From: a virus
Reading direction: 5' to 3' (one strand)
Virus record (IMG/VR): IMGVR_UViG_3300045988_065940
DNA length: 44,260 bases
Under the pieces are notes generated by a model. That model was given only the letters and a program-made list of their open reading frames with translations, had not been told where the DNA came from and did not search any database. Positions 16,336 to 25,031 of this stretch are shown here, piece after piece (the first letter of the stretch is position 1; every line of letters begins with the position of its first letter). The position numbers and the translations under genes were made by a program.

Positions 16336-16480
16336 ATAGTCGCTCGATAGTCGCTGACGATTCAGCGATAGTCGTTGGCTTTTTCCCAATAGCCGAGTAA
16401 GAGTTGTTCGGCTTCGCCGCCCGGCTGTATCATAGTCGTGAGCCCGGCATAGTCGCTCAGGAATCTACTTCATAGTCGCT
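16336..16480 (+). repeat. Array of six same-orientation ATAGTCG(C/T)(T/G) repeats at and beyond the terS 3' end
   Basis: Copies start at 16336, 16347, 16368, 16432, 16449 and 16472, with a degenerate copy at 16388. The first two spacings are 11 and 21 bp. The last copy is inside terS and the fifth abuts its stop codon. Confidence 0.85.
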
Positions 16481-17071
16481 AGCTGACGCGCCGATCACGT
16501 CCTCAAGATACTTTTTCTCCAAAGTCTCAGCCGGTATCTGTTCACCAAACTGCTGGTTAGGCGTTACAACGACCTCCTGCTTGTCCTGATATCCCATATT
16601 ATTCTTCATAAGGAAAATTCCTGCTACGGGATTTATCTTGCCGTTTTGCATGTAATTTTCCATTTGAGCGGTCAGAATTTGATACGCTTTTTTGAGTGCG
16701 TCCCTACTTTCGGCGGCTACAAAGTCGCTTTGAATGCCGTTTATCCACTTCCACAAAGTTCTTCTATCAATGCCAAAAGCTAATGCCAACCCAGCAACAG
16801 AGGGTTTCATATCGTCATCAGCGCAGGTTTGGAAGTAGAGAGTAACACGTTCGAGGACGTTTTCAGGTTTTTTCATGTCGACCGATGGCCAATTCCACAT
16901 CTTGAGGTTGTGTTCGAGATATTTGCGGTTATCGCCGGGTTCGGCTTGCACTGTGCTGTCAGGACGTTTGTAACCGCCTGCACCTTTAGGGTGGCCGCGT
17001 CCGCGCTTGGGCGTTATTTCGGTCGTTGTTGTTTCGGTTGAAGTTTTGGGTTTAGATTTAGATTCTGCCAT
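16457..17071 (-). CDS. terS: Terminase small subunit
   Basis: 204 aa from the ATG at 17071 (GAAGGTGA RBS). It has a basic N-terminus and an HTH-like segment (...KPSVAGLALAFGIDRRTLWKWI...). The motif ...FLMKNNMGYQDKQE is typical of Gram-positive phage TerS. Confidence 0.8.
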   Translation of the reverse strand: MAESKSKPKTSTETTTTEITPKRGRGHPKGAGGYKRPDSTVQAEPGDNRKYLEHNLKMWNWPSVDMKKPENVLERVTLYFQTCADDDMKPSVAGLALAFGIDRRTLWKWINGIQSDFVAAESRDALKKAYQILTAQMENYMQNGKINPVAGIFLMKNNMGYQDKQEVVVTPNQQFGEQIPAETLEKKYLEDVIGASASDYEVDS

Positions 17072-17072
17072 G

Positions 17073-17294
17073 TTAGTTATCACCTTCTGTTGTAGAATTA
17101 TTGGTTTTGTGAGATTCGTGGAACGTCGGAACAGGAGAAACATCTCGACAAGATGGGCACTTAACAAATGCTAATTGTTCGAGGCCGAACGCAATTACTT
17201 CAACATCTGCATAAGGGCTGTATTGAAATACGCAGCCACAACGAGAACATTCTTTCGTAATTTCGTTGTTTTTCCCAGGTTTTAAAATTTTCAT
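17073..17294 (-). CDS. Zinc-ribbon protein (73 aa)
   Basis: CSRCGC...CPSC motifs and an AAAGGAGC RBS, immediately upstream of terS. Confidence 0.5.
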   Translation of the reverse strand: MKILKPGKNNEITKECSRCGCVFQYSPYADVEVIAFGLEQLAFVKCPSCRDVSPVPTFHESHKTNNSTTEGDN

Positions 17295-17665
17295 GCATTT
17301 GCTCCTTTCGGTATCATGTGATAGACTTCGTAGTAAAGTTGATCGGCGTTTTCGATTGTTCTATTTTTGGCATAATTGCAACCGGCGGCCTCGATTGATT
17401 TGTAGAATTCTGCAATTTGCATGTTGCTTCGAGTATATTGCTGCTCACGATTTGAGTTAATTATATAGGCGGCTATTATTTTGTTTTTGCGTTCAGCGCC
17501 TATAGCGGCGGTTATCATGCCTTTAGCGTGAAGGTCGTAGAGTTCTCGCGCTTGGTAATACAGCAGCTCGTCAGCCGGTGATCGTTCGCCTTGCAAAGGC
17601 AAATTTTGAGCCGCTTGCAGGATGATGTTTTTTGCAGTTATTGACAAATTGCTGATTTTGAACAC
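17291..17665 (-). CDS. Hypothetical protein (124 aa)
   Basis: First ORF after the ori-like gap. The start codon is uncertain because the GTG overlaps the GGAGG. Confidence 0.45.
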   Translation of the reverse strand: MFKISNLSITAKNIILQAAQNLPLQGERSPADELLYYQARELYDLHAKGMITAAIGAERKNKIIAAYIINSNREQQYTRSNMQIAEFYKSIEAAGCNYAKNRTIENADQLYYEVYHMIPKGANA

Positions 17666-17686
17666 CTCCGATTTTAGATTTTTTAA

Positions 17687-17961
17687 TACAGGACAGGGGA
17701 CGGGCGGGCACGCGGTTTCCCTATATAAGTGTTTCGTTTTCTTATATGGTGTACACCATACGCTATTTTACGGAATACTCTTTTTATATTACTTTACCTG
17801 TCCCCCTGTCCTGTAAAAGAGAAAAAAGATAGATAATTCAAGGGATTGAGCCACGGGACAGGGTACGGGACAGGGGTAGGACAGGTCTATACCCTGCCCC
17901 GTTTTTGCTGTGACTTTTGCACAAAACCAACGTATAACCAACGTATTTTGATTGTGCAAAA
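17687..17961. promoter_or_regulatory. Iteron-rich non-coding region (candidate replication origin and/or late-promoter control region)
   Basis: Six GGACAGG cores: 17691(+), 17797(-), 17805(-), and 17856, 17868, 17879 (+). There is a 15-nt inverted repeat TACAGGACAGGGG(G)AC (17687-17701 / 17797-17815). Three tandem CGGGACAGGG(G)TA units are present, plus two tandem AACCAACGTAT units (17925-17946) flanked by a 10-bp inverted repeat. An AT-rich stretch lies between these features. Confidence 0.5.
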
Positions 17962-17963
17962 CG

Positions 17964-19454
17964 TCAAAAAGGTAATTCGTTGATATTCTTGATAGCTCCC
18001 ACTTTTTTCTGCCAACATCTTTGCCGACCATATTTCGCGGTATATTTTCTACCAATGTTTGTCCATTCAGGTATTGTAGCGACGATACGATAAATCTCTT
18101 GTGTCTCTTTCGGCGTTAAGTCTCTTTGGAAATCGCTGTCAGGAAATAGCGCCTCGCATTTGAGTTCCTTGATGCATACGGTATCGCCCGGCGACTTCTC
18201 ATCAAGGTACTTTTCAATAACGCCGATACGCCAATCATCTTCCATTGCTTCATCCTGTGCATGCTTGTATTCGGACAGCAGAGAACGATCTGCGAAAGCT
18301 GGCATTTCGTCGCGTTCGAATTTTACACGCGCCTCTGCCCAACATTGAATGATATAATCGCGGCATTCCTGCTCATGATCGTGTAGGTCATAACCATTGC
18401 TGTTGACTGTTACGGGATAAAAACGACGGTTGCCGGTCTTGTCGCGCAAGAATTGTTCATTGTTGGTCGTGCCTATAAAGATGCAACGGCGCGGAAACTC
18501 CATTGCGTTAACGTCGTAAGGCGGCCTGTATTTGTCGCGCTGCCGTGTTATGTAGGACTTGACGGCCTCCTGCTCTTTCGTTTTGGTAAGCGCAAGCAGC
18601 TCCGCAACCTCGCATATCCACGCGCCTTCTAATTGCTCTATGGCCTTTTGGCCGTCCATTTCGGTTACTTCGGAAAAATAGCTGTCGTTAATGGCAAGCC
18701 ATTTAACAAGCGTGGATTTGCCTTCACCCTGCTTTGCACCGATGAGTACAGGAACATCATCAAACTTGCAGCCGGGCAGATAGAGCCGGTTAATGCCACC
18801 AGCGAATATCAGGCGGCTGACCTCACGAGTGTAAGCGGTGTCTTCGACTTTCGCCCATTTAGCGAGAAAATGTATGCAACGTTCTTCTCCGTCCCATTCA
18901 AGAGTGTCAACTATGTCTTTTATCGGGTTATATTCGCGTTCCTTCCACAAAATGCGTAAAGCGTCAGAGTGTTTTTTGTCGCTGTACAGGCCGTAATTGG
19001 CTTCACAGAAATTTCGGCTTTGTGCCGCATCCGCGTCCGACCATCGGCATATTTCGCCGTTATGCGTGATCTCAGGTGAATTGCGCAGCACATTAAAACG
19101 AATGCTGCTGTATTCCATTCTTCCGCGCATGATTTTAAGAAAATTGTCGATAGTCGGAACGGGTACGCCCTTGTCATTTAAGCGCAAGTTAAGGTCGTTT
19201 CTATCTTGCGCCTGTGATTTTTTAAAATCAGCTTCAAGCTGCTTGTCCTTTTGCCGGTATGCGCCGAGCTGACGGTTAACGACTACTTTTGCGCCAACTT
19301 CTGCCGCTCTTATCTGCATAAGCGCCTGTATGCGTTCGCGTTCTATCACGTCGGGGATATCAAACGAAACCAAAACGGAGTTTATAAGCTCGGCAGCGTC
19401 CATGTTTGCTATGGCTTCATCCGTTAATTGGTTGCAGTCAATCAGTTTCGTCAT
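17964..19454 (-). CDS. VirE-family primase/helicase-like P-loop NTPase
   Basis: 496 aa with Walker A GAKQGEGKST and a D5/VirE-like layout. AAGGGGGGA RBS. Confidence 0.8.
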   Translation of the reverse strand: MTKLIDCNQLTDEAIANMDAAELINSVLVSFDIPDVIERERIQALMQIRAAEVGAKVVVNRQLGAYRQKDKQLEADFKKSQAQDRNDLNLRLNDKGVPVPTIDNFLKIMRGRMEYSSIRFNVLRNSPEITHNGEICRWSDADAAQSRNFCEANYGLYSDKKHSDALRILWKEREYNPIKDIVDTLEWDGEERCIHFLAKWAKVEDTAYTREVSRLIFAGGINRLYLPGCKFDDVPVLIGAKQGEGKSTLVKWLAINDSYFSEVTEMDGQKAIEQLEGAWICEVAELLALTKTKEQEAVKSYITRQRDKYRPPYDVNAMEFPRRCIFIGTTNNEQFLRDKTGNRRFYPVTVNSNGYDLHDHEQECRDYIIQCWAEARVKFERDEMPAFADRSLLSEYKHAQDEAMEDDWRIGVIEKYLDEKSPGDTVCIKELKCEALFPDSDFQRDLTPKETQEIYRIVATIPEWTNIGRKYTAKYGRQRCWQKKVGAIKNINELPF

Positions 19455-19465
19455 ACTATCCCCCC

Positions 19466-20002
19466 TTATGAATATAGCATCAGCCGGTAGGCCGCACCGT
19501 CGATTTCCTTACAGGCAATGACGTAATGCTCGTCTAAAGGCTCTGTAGGGCTTTCAGGGGCATATTTGCACTTCCACTTATCAAGTGTAGCATATACCCA
19601 TAAAAGGCGCTCATAGCGCTGCTGGAGCTCTTTTTCGGCTTGCTTGCATTTGTTGTATTCCGTTATTGCCGCATTATAGGTTGCTGTGATCTCGCTGTCC
19701 TCGCGTAAAGTCATTTTGCGGTCGGCCACTATCGGTAAGTTGAAATCGTTAATCAGCTTTCGTGTAGACTGTTCAAAATCAAGGTTGAATAATTGGCCGG
19801 TAAAATTGATAATATCGCCTGACCAGCCACAGCCAAAGCAATGGGCGCTATGCCGGTTTTTGATTTTGAATGATGCCGTTTTCTCGGCGTGAAAAGGACA
19901 TCTTGCAAAACCGGCGCGATTAAAATCAAGCCCGTAAGCTGTAGCGACAACAGCGAAATCAAGCATATCTTTTATTAATGCGCTTTTATGTTTTGCATTC
20001 AC
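19466..20002 (-). CDS. CHC2 (DnaG-type) zinc-finger protein
   Basis: The CPFHAEKTASF...HCFGCGWSGD signature of the primase zinc-binding domain. No TOPRIM domain is visible. Confidence 0.75.
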   Translation of the reverse strand: MNAKHKSALIKDMLDFAVVATAYGLDFNRAGFARCPFHAEKTASFKIKNRHSAHCFGCGWSGDIINFTGQLFNLDFEQSTRKLINDFNLPIVADRKMTLREDSEITATYNAAITEYNKCKQAEKELQQRYERLLWVYATLDKWKCKYAPESPTEPLDEHYVIACKEIDGAAYRLMLYS

Positions 20003-20510
20003 TTAACATCATCCTTTCCAGCATTTCGCGCCCTTCACGATAAAGAATATCGTGTATCAGATTGCCGCTTGTGCGTTGATCGCAAAATATGATCTGGCAG
20101 CGGTAACGCGCCAACCACGCAAGCAGCGACGCAACAAACGCCTGCGGCTTCATCTGACTGCGATAGTTGCCGCTATAAGCATCCTCCCAGCATTGATTTT
20201 CGATAAGCAGATAGATCTTTGCGTCGGCAGCTTTGGCACGTTCAAATTCCCGTGCAAAGCGTGCACGGCCATTACAGAAGCATTGAGCTAATTCCGAAAA
20301 ATCCATCTTGCGCTCTACGGCGGCGTTTAGCATCAGCCATTCGCCGCCTACAGAAAACTTCGCCGAGTAGTCGCCAAAATCGAGCTTACACCTTTCATAA
20401 AGGCAGTTCATGCTTTCCAATCGCGCTCTGAAGCGTGGTGTATCCTGTTCACGCGTATCTACCAATATCACCATGCCCCCGAGCGCTTCTTCGATTTCGC
20501 GTGGTGTCAT
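19986..20510 (-). CDS. ERCC4/XPF-type nuclease (probable junction resolvase)
   Basis: VDTREQ...GDY...ERK motif arrangement, 174 aa. Confidence 0.65.
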   Translation of the reverse strand: MTPREIEEALGGMVILVDTREQDTPRFRARLESMNCLYERCKLDFGDYSAKFSVGGEWLMLNAAVERKMDFSELAQCFCNGRARFAREFERAKAADAKIYLLIENQCWEDAYSGNYRSQMKPQAFVASLLAWLARYRCQIIFCDQRTSGNLIHDILYREGREMLERMMLSECKT

Positions 20511-20515
20511 GGGCT

Positions 20516-21091
20516 TTAGAACGGCAGGTCGCTATCATCATCGTCCATTGTTGTGAACGTCGCAGCCGGATAAGCGGATGTAGTGTTGGTCTTTTTAAGA
20601 GGCTTGTCCTTCGGCATTTTGAAATTGCCGTCGCGTACGTCCTGCGCAGTGGTAACGGCGCAACATTCGGTTGTCCAGCCGGTATTGCCGTTATATTCCC
20701 ATTCCTTATTACGAAACAGAACGCCGAGCCTCTTGTCCTTGAGTTTGGTTTCATCCCAATCCCAGTGGTAGCCGTTATTGGTTTCCTCAAGGCATGCTAT
20801 AAGGTTGTTAAATGATTTTTTCTGACTGTCGAAATATTGATTGCTTTCGTTCGGGATGTTAATGCGATAGCAACCGCGCCATTTCTTATCATCGTTGATG
20901 TTTGCGCGATAGTCTGCCGCGAAAAAACCCTTGTGTTCACCTTCAGCAACGTCGAAATCGATTTTCAGGACGCTGCCCCAATCGTAATCGATAACGCTTG
21001 CGTCCATGATCTTAGCTACATAGCCGCCTGCCGGGAGTGTTTCACGCGCTGTGGTGCGTTCTGCTTTAAAGCCGTTGTAAGATTTAATCAT
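20516..21091 (-). CDS. Phage single-strand DNA-binding-like protein
   Basis: The C-terminal DDDDSDLPF tip matches the SSB acidic tail motif. It lies next to the Sak4-like ATPase gene. Confidence 0.6.
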   Translation of the reverse strand: MIKSYNGFKAERTTARETLPAGGYVAKIMDASVIDYDWGSVLKIDFDVAEGEHKGFFAADYRANINDDKKWRGCYRINIPNESNQYFDSQKKSFNNLIACLEETNNGYHWDWDETKLKDKRLGVLFRNKEWEYNGNTGWTTECCAVTTAQDVRDGNFKMPKDKPLKKTNTTSAYPAATFTTMDDDDSDLPF

Positions 21092-21114
21092 TGTTTACTT
21101 GTTCCTTTCTTGTT

Positions 21115-21324
21115 TCAATATTCAAGTGGGCAACTGACACCCACATATTTGTCAGGCTCGGCGCACACTTCGTTATTAAGCATGCACCTGTAAGTATTGC
21201 ATTTGTAGAAATAGCACTGTCGGCAGTTGATGTGCGCTTTGCCGGTCGTGTCTATCGGGAAAAATACCTTGACGGTTGCCGTACCCTCTACATAACCGGG
21301 TACACCGTTTTCAAACTTAGCCAT
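21115..21324 (-). CDS. Cys-rich hypothetical protein (69 aa)
   Basis: Contains CRQC...C...C...C, with tight packing between neighbouring genes. Confidence 0.45.
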   Translation of the reverse strand: MAKFENGVPGYVEGTATVKVFFPIDTTGKAHINCRQCYFYKCNTYRCMLNNEVCAEPDKYVGVSCPLEY

Positions 21325-21325
21325 A

Positions 21326-21949
21326 TCACAGCCCCCAGTACTCGCGAATTGTTTGATCGACGGATTTTAAATCGTTCTCGATCTCAAGCTCAAACATGCC
21401 CTCCGGCGACTTGCTTATATCGCTGCCGTCAGACTGCGTGATAAACATATGCTTACCGTCGCGGACTACACATCGCAGCACGATAGTTGCCATGCCTTCA
21501 ATGCATACTTTTTCATTCAACAGTTTGCCAATTGTGCGTATTTTGGTCTCGCCGTAGTCGCTTGTGTCTTCGTGAACGACTATGTATACAATGACATCTT
21601 CGGGCAGTTCGTTTTTAATGAACATCAGCAGTCCCCAAAAGCTATCGGCAATGCTGTTATACAGATCGAATGAGCTTGATCCGCTTTTCGGCGCCGAGTG
21701 GCCTTGCATAAAAGCGTTAGTCATTAGATAACCGCTATCGTCGATGACTGCCGTTTTTACCGGCATCTTTTTCAGGCCGTTCATGATCTTAACAGGATTG
21801 TCGCTGACCATCGTATACTTAAATTTTTTTCGAAACGGCAAGCGTTTTGCGATGACGTTAACAAGAAAAATTTCGTCCTCGCCGAAGTTAAGTAGGCTTC
21901 GGCTTTTTCCGCTGCCGGACTTACCGTAAACAATAACGCATTCTCCCAT
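21326..21949 (-). CDS. Sak4/AAA_24-like RecA-fold ATPase
   Basis: N-terminal Walker A YGKSGSGKS and Walker B-like VIDD. 207 aa. Confidence 0.7.
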   Translation of the reverse strand: MGECVIVYGKSGSGKSRSLLNFGEDEIFLVNVIAKRLPFRKKFKYTMVSDNPVKIMNGLKKMPVKTAVIDDSGYLMTNAFMQGHSAPKSGSSSFDLYNSIADSFWGLLMFIKNELPEDVIVYIVVHEDTSDYGETKIRTIGKLLNEKVCIEGMATIVLRCVVRDGKHMFITQSDGSDISKSPEGMFELEIENDLKSVDQTIREYWGL

Positions 21950-22184
21950 ATGGTTTATGCACCTCCCTTGCGTCCTCTGCGTTCATAACCTCTGCGCCGA
22001 TAAGCTCGGCAAGTTCTTCGGTCGGTAAATCGTTGATTTCTTCTCTAAAGCAATCGGGGCACAAACGTCGACCGTTGGAAATGTACATTAAATCGTCGCC
22101 GTAAAACCAGCCGTCGCATTCCTGGCATATGCAATCGGGGGCAGGAAAATCAGGCGGCTCTAATGGCCGTTCTATAGAATACAT
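21921..22184 (-). CDS. Zinc-ribbon protein
   Basis: CICQEC...CPDC motifs. The ATG at 22184 is preferred (AAGGGTGA RBS). Confidence 0.5.
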   Translation of the reverse strand: MYSIERPLEPPDFPAPDCICQECDGWFYGDDLMYISNGRRLCPDCFREEINDLPTEELAELIGAEVMNAEDAREVHKPYGRMRYCLR

Positions 22185-22186
22185 AT

Positions 22187-22399
22187 TCACTTCACCCTTT
22201 TTCCATTGAATAATCTTGTTTTTTTCTTTCGGCGTATATAGCCGTTGATTAATACGCCGTTCGGTGCATTATGCTTTTCTAAATACGCCTTTTTCGCCGC
22301 TTTATCGGCCTTGTTATCTGCGCAGAACGCTTTATAACTATCGCACTTCGCGTGGCAAAACGGCGTTCTATCCGGGCAATTACGGCAGTCACTTTCCAT
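22187..22399 (-). CDS. Cys-rich hypothetical protein (70 aa)
   Basis: CRNC...CHAKC...C motifs with a basic C-terminus. Confidence 0.45.
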   Translation of the reverse strand: MESDCRNCPDRTPFCHAKCDSYKAFCADNKADKAAKKAYLEKHNAPNGVLINGYIRRKKKTRLFNGKRVK

Positions 22400-22679
22400 A
22401 GCTTACAGGTTCAAAACCGTTACACCAGCCGTTACGCTTATCGCAGTCGCAAGCGCACTGGTCGCAGCACCAGTCGTAATAGGTGTTTTCACTGCGGCGG
22501 CAGATTTCACGGATAGCTATGCGGTAATTGCGTATTTCGTCCTCGTATTCGCAACATATCATGTTGTGGCCTCTGCGTTCGCTATGCAGCAGGCCATATA
22601 AACGATCATAATGCGGCTTTGACACACCGCCGAGAACATCTAACAGCCATAGGCGTATTGCGTATAGTAGTTTTTTCAT
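22389..22679 (-). CDS. Cys-rich hypothetical protein
   Basis: CCDQCACDCD cluster. The ATG at 22679 follows AAAGGA; the alternative start is 22688. Confidence 0.45.
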   Translation of the reverse strand: MKKLLYAIRLWLLDVLGGVSKPHYDRLYGLLHSERRGHNMICCEYEDEIRNYRIAIREICRRSENTYYDWCCDQCACDCDKRNGWCNGFEPVSYGK

Positions 22680-22692
22680 GTTTCCCATCCTT

Positions 22693-23046
22693 TCAAAATG
22701 CTATGCCCGAATGTTCGCCGCGTTCGGGCAAATCAACCATTTCAGGCCGTTTTATTTCCTGTTCCACAGCCCACGCTATATTCCACAGCGCCGCTACAAG
22801 GTGATGCGCTTCCGCGTCGCCCTGTATGTACAGGCTAAGATGCCGTATGCCGCTGTCTATCAAGCTGTGCTGGGGTATTCCTCGATCTACGTTCCTTTCC
22901 CCATAGTGGATAGCGCCGCGTTCACAGTGCTGCGCAAGGGCGTGTATCGCGCCCCACGGCAGCAAATCATAGCGGCCTTTCCCGTCGGCCTTATCTCTCA
23001 CTGCGCCGGTAGAAAACTCGCGGCGTTCATCCTTTTCGAATTTCAC
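22693..23046 (-). CDS. DUF5664-like (dATP/dGTP diphosphohydrolase-like) protein
   Basis: Pattern REFSTGAVRD...GRYDLLPWGAI...GAIHYGERN...GIRHL...AHHLVAALWN resembles that family as I remember it. Confidence 0.5.
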   Translation of the reverse strand: MKFEKDERREFSTGAVRDKADGKGRYDLLPWGAIHALAQHCERGAIHYGERNVDRGIPQHSLIDSGIRHLSLYIQGDAEAHHLVAALWNIAWAVEQEIKRPEMVDLPERGEHSGIAF

Positions 23047-23187
23047 TATCCTCCCACCTTTCGCCGATATCTTCTAAAAAATGCAGAAATTCATGCGTAT
23101 CTGCACAATAATATTGTTTGCCGTTAACGGTAACCGTGTAGCTGCCGTCGTGGTTGCTTTTGGCTTCCCAGCCTACGTTTTTAGCCA

Positions 23188-23511
23188 TTATCGCCTACCA
23201 TACCTTTCATCGAATGGCGAGAAGTTATCCTCGCCCACTATTTCACGGATGCGACGGTCAAGGACGGTTTTTGAATATTCCAGGCTTTTATCGCCCACGC
23301 TGTCTTCTACGAACAGTTCGGCAATTTCGTTTACATACATAACGAATCTTTCGCCGAACGCCTTAGCGCGTCCAGCGCCCAAACCCAAAATATCATTAGC
23401 CGCCATAAACGCCGCGTCCTCCGCAAGCTGCATACGGTTTCTGCCGTATAACGCAAGCTGTATGTTTACCTCGCGCTGCACGGCTTTTGCAAATGCTGAT
23501 TGCTTACCCAT
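23188..23511 (-). CDS. Hypothetical protein (107 aa)
   Basis: AAGGTGGTG RBS. It overlaps the upstream XRE gene end by 8 nt. Confidence 0.5.
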   Translation of the reverse strand: MGKQSAFAKAVQREVNIQLALYGRNRMQLAEDAAFMAANDILGLGAGRAKAFGERFVMYVNEIAELFVEDSVGDKSLEYSKTVLDRRIREIVGEDNFSPFDERYGRR

Positions 23512-23722
23512 GCTTAGTCACCACCTTATGGCCTACGTATTCATCAATACTCAGTCCGAGCGCATCGGCAAGGATTTCTATTGTATCTATCCAGCCGCCG
23601 CGTAGTGATTTGCGTTCAAGCTGGCTTATCGTGGTTTGGGATATGCCGGATATTTCGGCCAGCCGTACGATGCTTAACCCTGCATTCAATCGCGCCTTGC
23701 GCATATATTCCCCGTGTGTCAT
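23504..23722 (-). CDS. XRE-family HTH protein (72 aa)
   Basis: RKARLNAGLSIVRLAEISGISQTTISQLER is a canonical HTH_3 pattern. Confidence 0.8.
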   Translation of the reverse strand: MTHGEYMRKARLNAGLSIVRLAEISGISQTTISQLERKSLRGGWIDTIEILADALGLSIDEYVGHKVVTKHG

Positions 23723-23755
23723 TCGGTATCACCCCAGTCAAGCGCTTGGTTTTTT

Positions 23756-23944
23756 TCACGTGTTCGCATTGTCAGTTTCCTTCCAATCCATGGCTTTCCC
23801 TAAGCCAAAACTGATACCCCAAAAGCCCCATATAATGCTAAGGCGGTAAGGGTAACGATATATGCCGTTCTGCTTTTTTATAACGCCAATAGCAGGCAGT
23901 ATGGCAAACTGATTAGGCATATAGTCTGTGTAGATAAATCTCAT
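23756..23944 (-). CDS. Small membrane protein
   Basis: Two hydrophobic segments. The ATG at 23944 has a GGGGAGGAA RBS. Confidence 0.4.
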   Translation of the reverse strand: MRFIYTDYMPNQFAILPAIGVIKKQNGIYRYPYRLSIIWGFWGISFGLGKAMDWKETDNANT

Positions 23945-23946
23945 TG

Positions 23947-24501
23947 TCAATTCCTCCCCTTTCTTATCGTCGTTTTAACGCTTTCAACGCCGTCACGGAG
24001 TGTAGCCGTCAACACATCGAAGTTTGCGTTTATGCAGTCCTCGTTGAGCTTCCGCGCCGTTGTCACCGTCTGACATATATCGTCTGCCGCTTCTGTTATC
24101 GCGTTTACCGCCTCATCGAGCTTTTCAAGCAGTTTGATGATTGCCGCCGCCGTGTTGTCGATCGGCTCTGCTGGCGGCTCGGGCTGCGGTGCTGCTTCTG
24201 CCGTTTTGGGCGTTGCGTAGCGATACCGTACCGCCTCAATAGTCTCCGCGACCTCCTGCGGCAGTTGCGTATCGAGGTATTCGCAAGCCCATGTAATCAC
24301 CCCGCCGGTTGTCGCATACCGAGAATATTCTATTAACTCGTCCCACTGCTCATTGGCAATGTGCTTTACCACAGTGTACAGTTTGTTGCAGTAGCACCGG
24401 CTCACGCCGACCGCGTTCGCCGCCTGTTCGCTCGTCTTGCCCATCGACATAAGCGCAATTATCTTCTCGTTCGTCGCGTTAGAAATTCGTCTTGCTCCCA
24501 T
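23947..24501 (-). CDS. Hypothetical protein with N-terminal HTH-like segment
   Basis: 184 aa, AAGGAGGA RBS. The N-terminus contains ...MGKTSEQAANAVGVSRCYCNKL.... Confidence 0.5.
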   Translation of the reverse strand: MGARRISNATNEKIIALMSMGKTSEQAANAVGVSRCYCNKLYTVVKHIANEQWDELIEYSRYATTGGVITWACEYLDTQLPQEVAETIEAVRYRYATPKTAEAAPQPEPPAEPIDNTAAAIIKLLEKLDEAVNAITEAADDICQTVTTARKLNEDCINANFDVLTATLRDGVESVKTTIRKGRN

Positions 24502-24519
24502 TTTTGTTAGTCCTCCTTT

Positions 24520-24792
24520 TTATTTTTCCCATTCAAGCCATTCAAGCGCTTGCCCACAGTGATTGCAAAAAGCAAACGGAAAAAGCTCTCGATGCGATTG
24601 TTCGCAGCTTGGGCACTCGCAGTCATAGATTGTGTAACCATCGTTATTGGCTATTGCAAAGTATGCCGGCTTTTTCGGTATCTGCTTGTTAATAGCATTG
24701 ATTGCTAAGTACATTGCCTTTTTGTCTGCTCTTGTGAATTGATTATTGTTTAAGATGCAAACAAGGCGTTCCTGTATTTCTGCTGCTGTCAT
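24520..24792 (-). CDS. Zinc-ribbon protein (90 aa)
   Basis: CECPSC...CNHCG motifs. Confidence 0.5.
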   Translation of the reverse strand: MTAAEIQERLVCILNNNQFTRADKKAMYLAINAINKQIPKKPAYFAIANNDGYTIYDCECPSCEQSHRELFPFAFCNHCGQALEWLEWEK

Positions 24793-25031
24793 TAGTCAGG
24801 CTCCTCATCCCAATAGTGATCTACGAAATATCGCAGCGCGTCTTGCGGCTTGTCCTTGCCTGCGGGGTCATTCGACCAGTTTTCACAAGCTGCATCGCCC
24901 GGCGGCGTTACGGTCGCCGGCATGCCCACGCTTTTAACGTAGTTTTCACACACCCACCAGCGTTCACCGTTGTCGCGGATGTATTTTTCGCAATTGACGC
25001 AGCTGCCGCAGGTTTTATCAGTATCAGCCAT
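24792..25031 (-). CDS. Cys-rich hypothetical protein
   Basis: CGSCVNC...C...C motifs. The ATG at 25031 has an AGGATGAGGA RBS. Confidence 0.5.
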   Translation of the reverse strand: MADTDKTCGSCVNCEKYIRDNGERWWVCENYVKSVGMPATVTPPGDAACENWSNDPAGKDKPQDALRYFVDHYWDEEPD

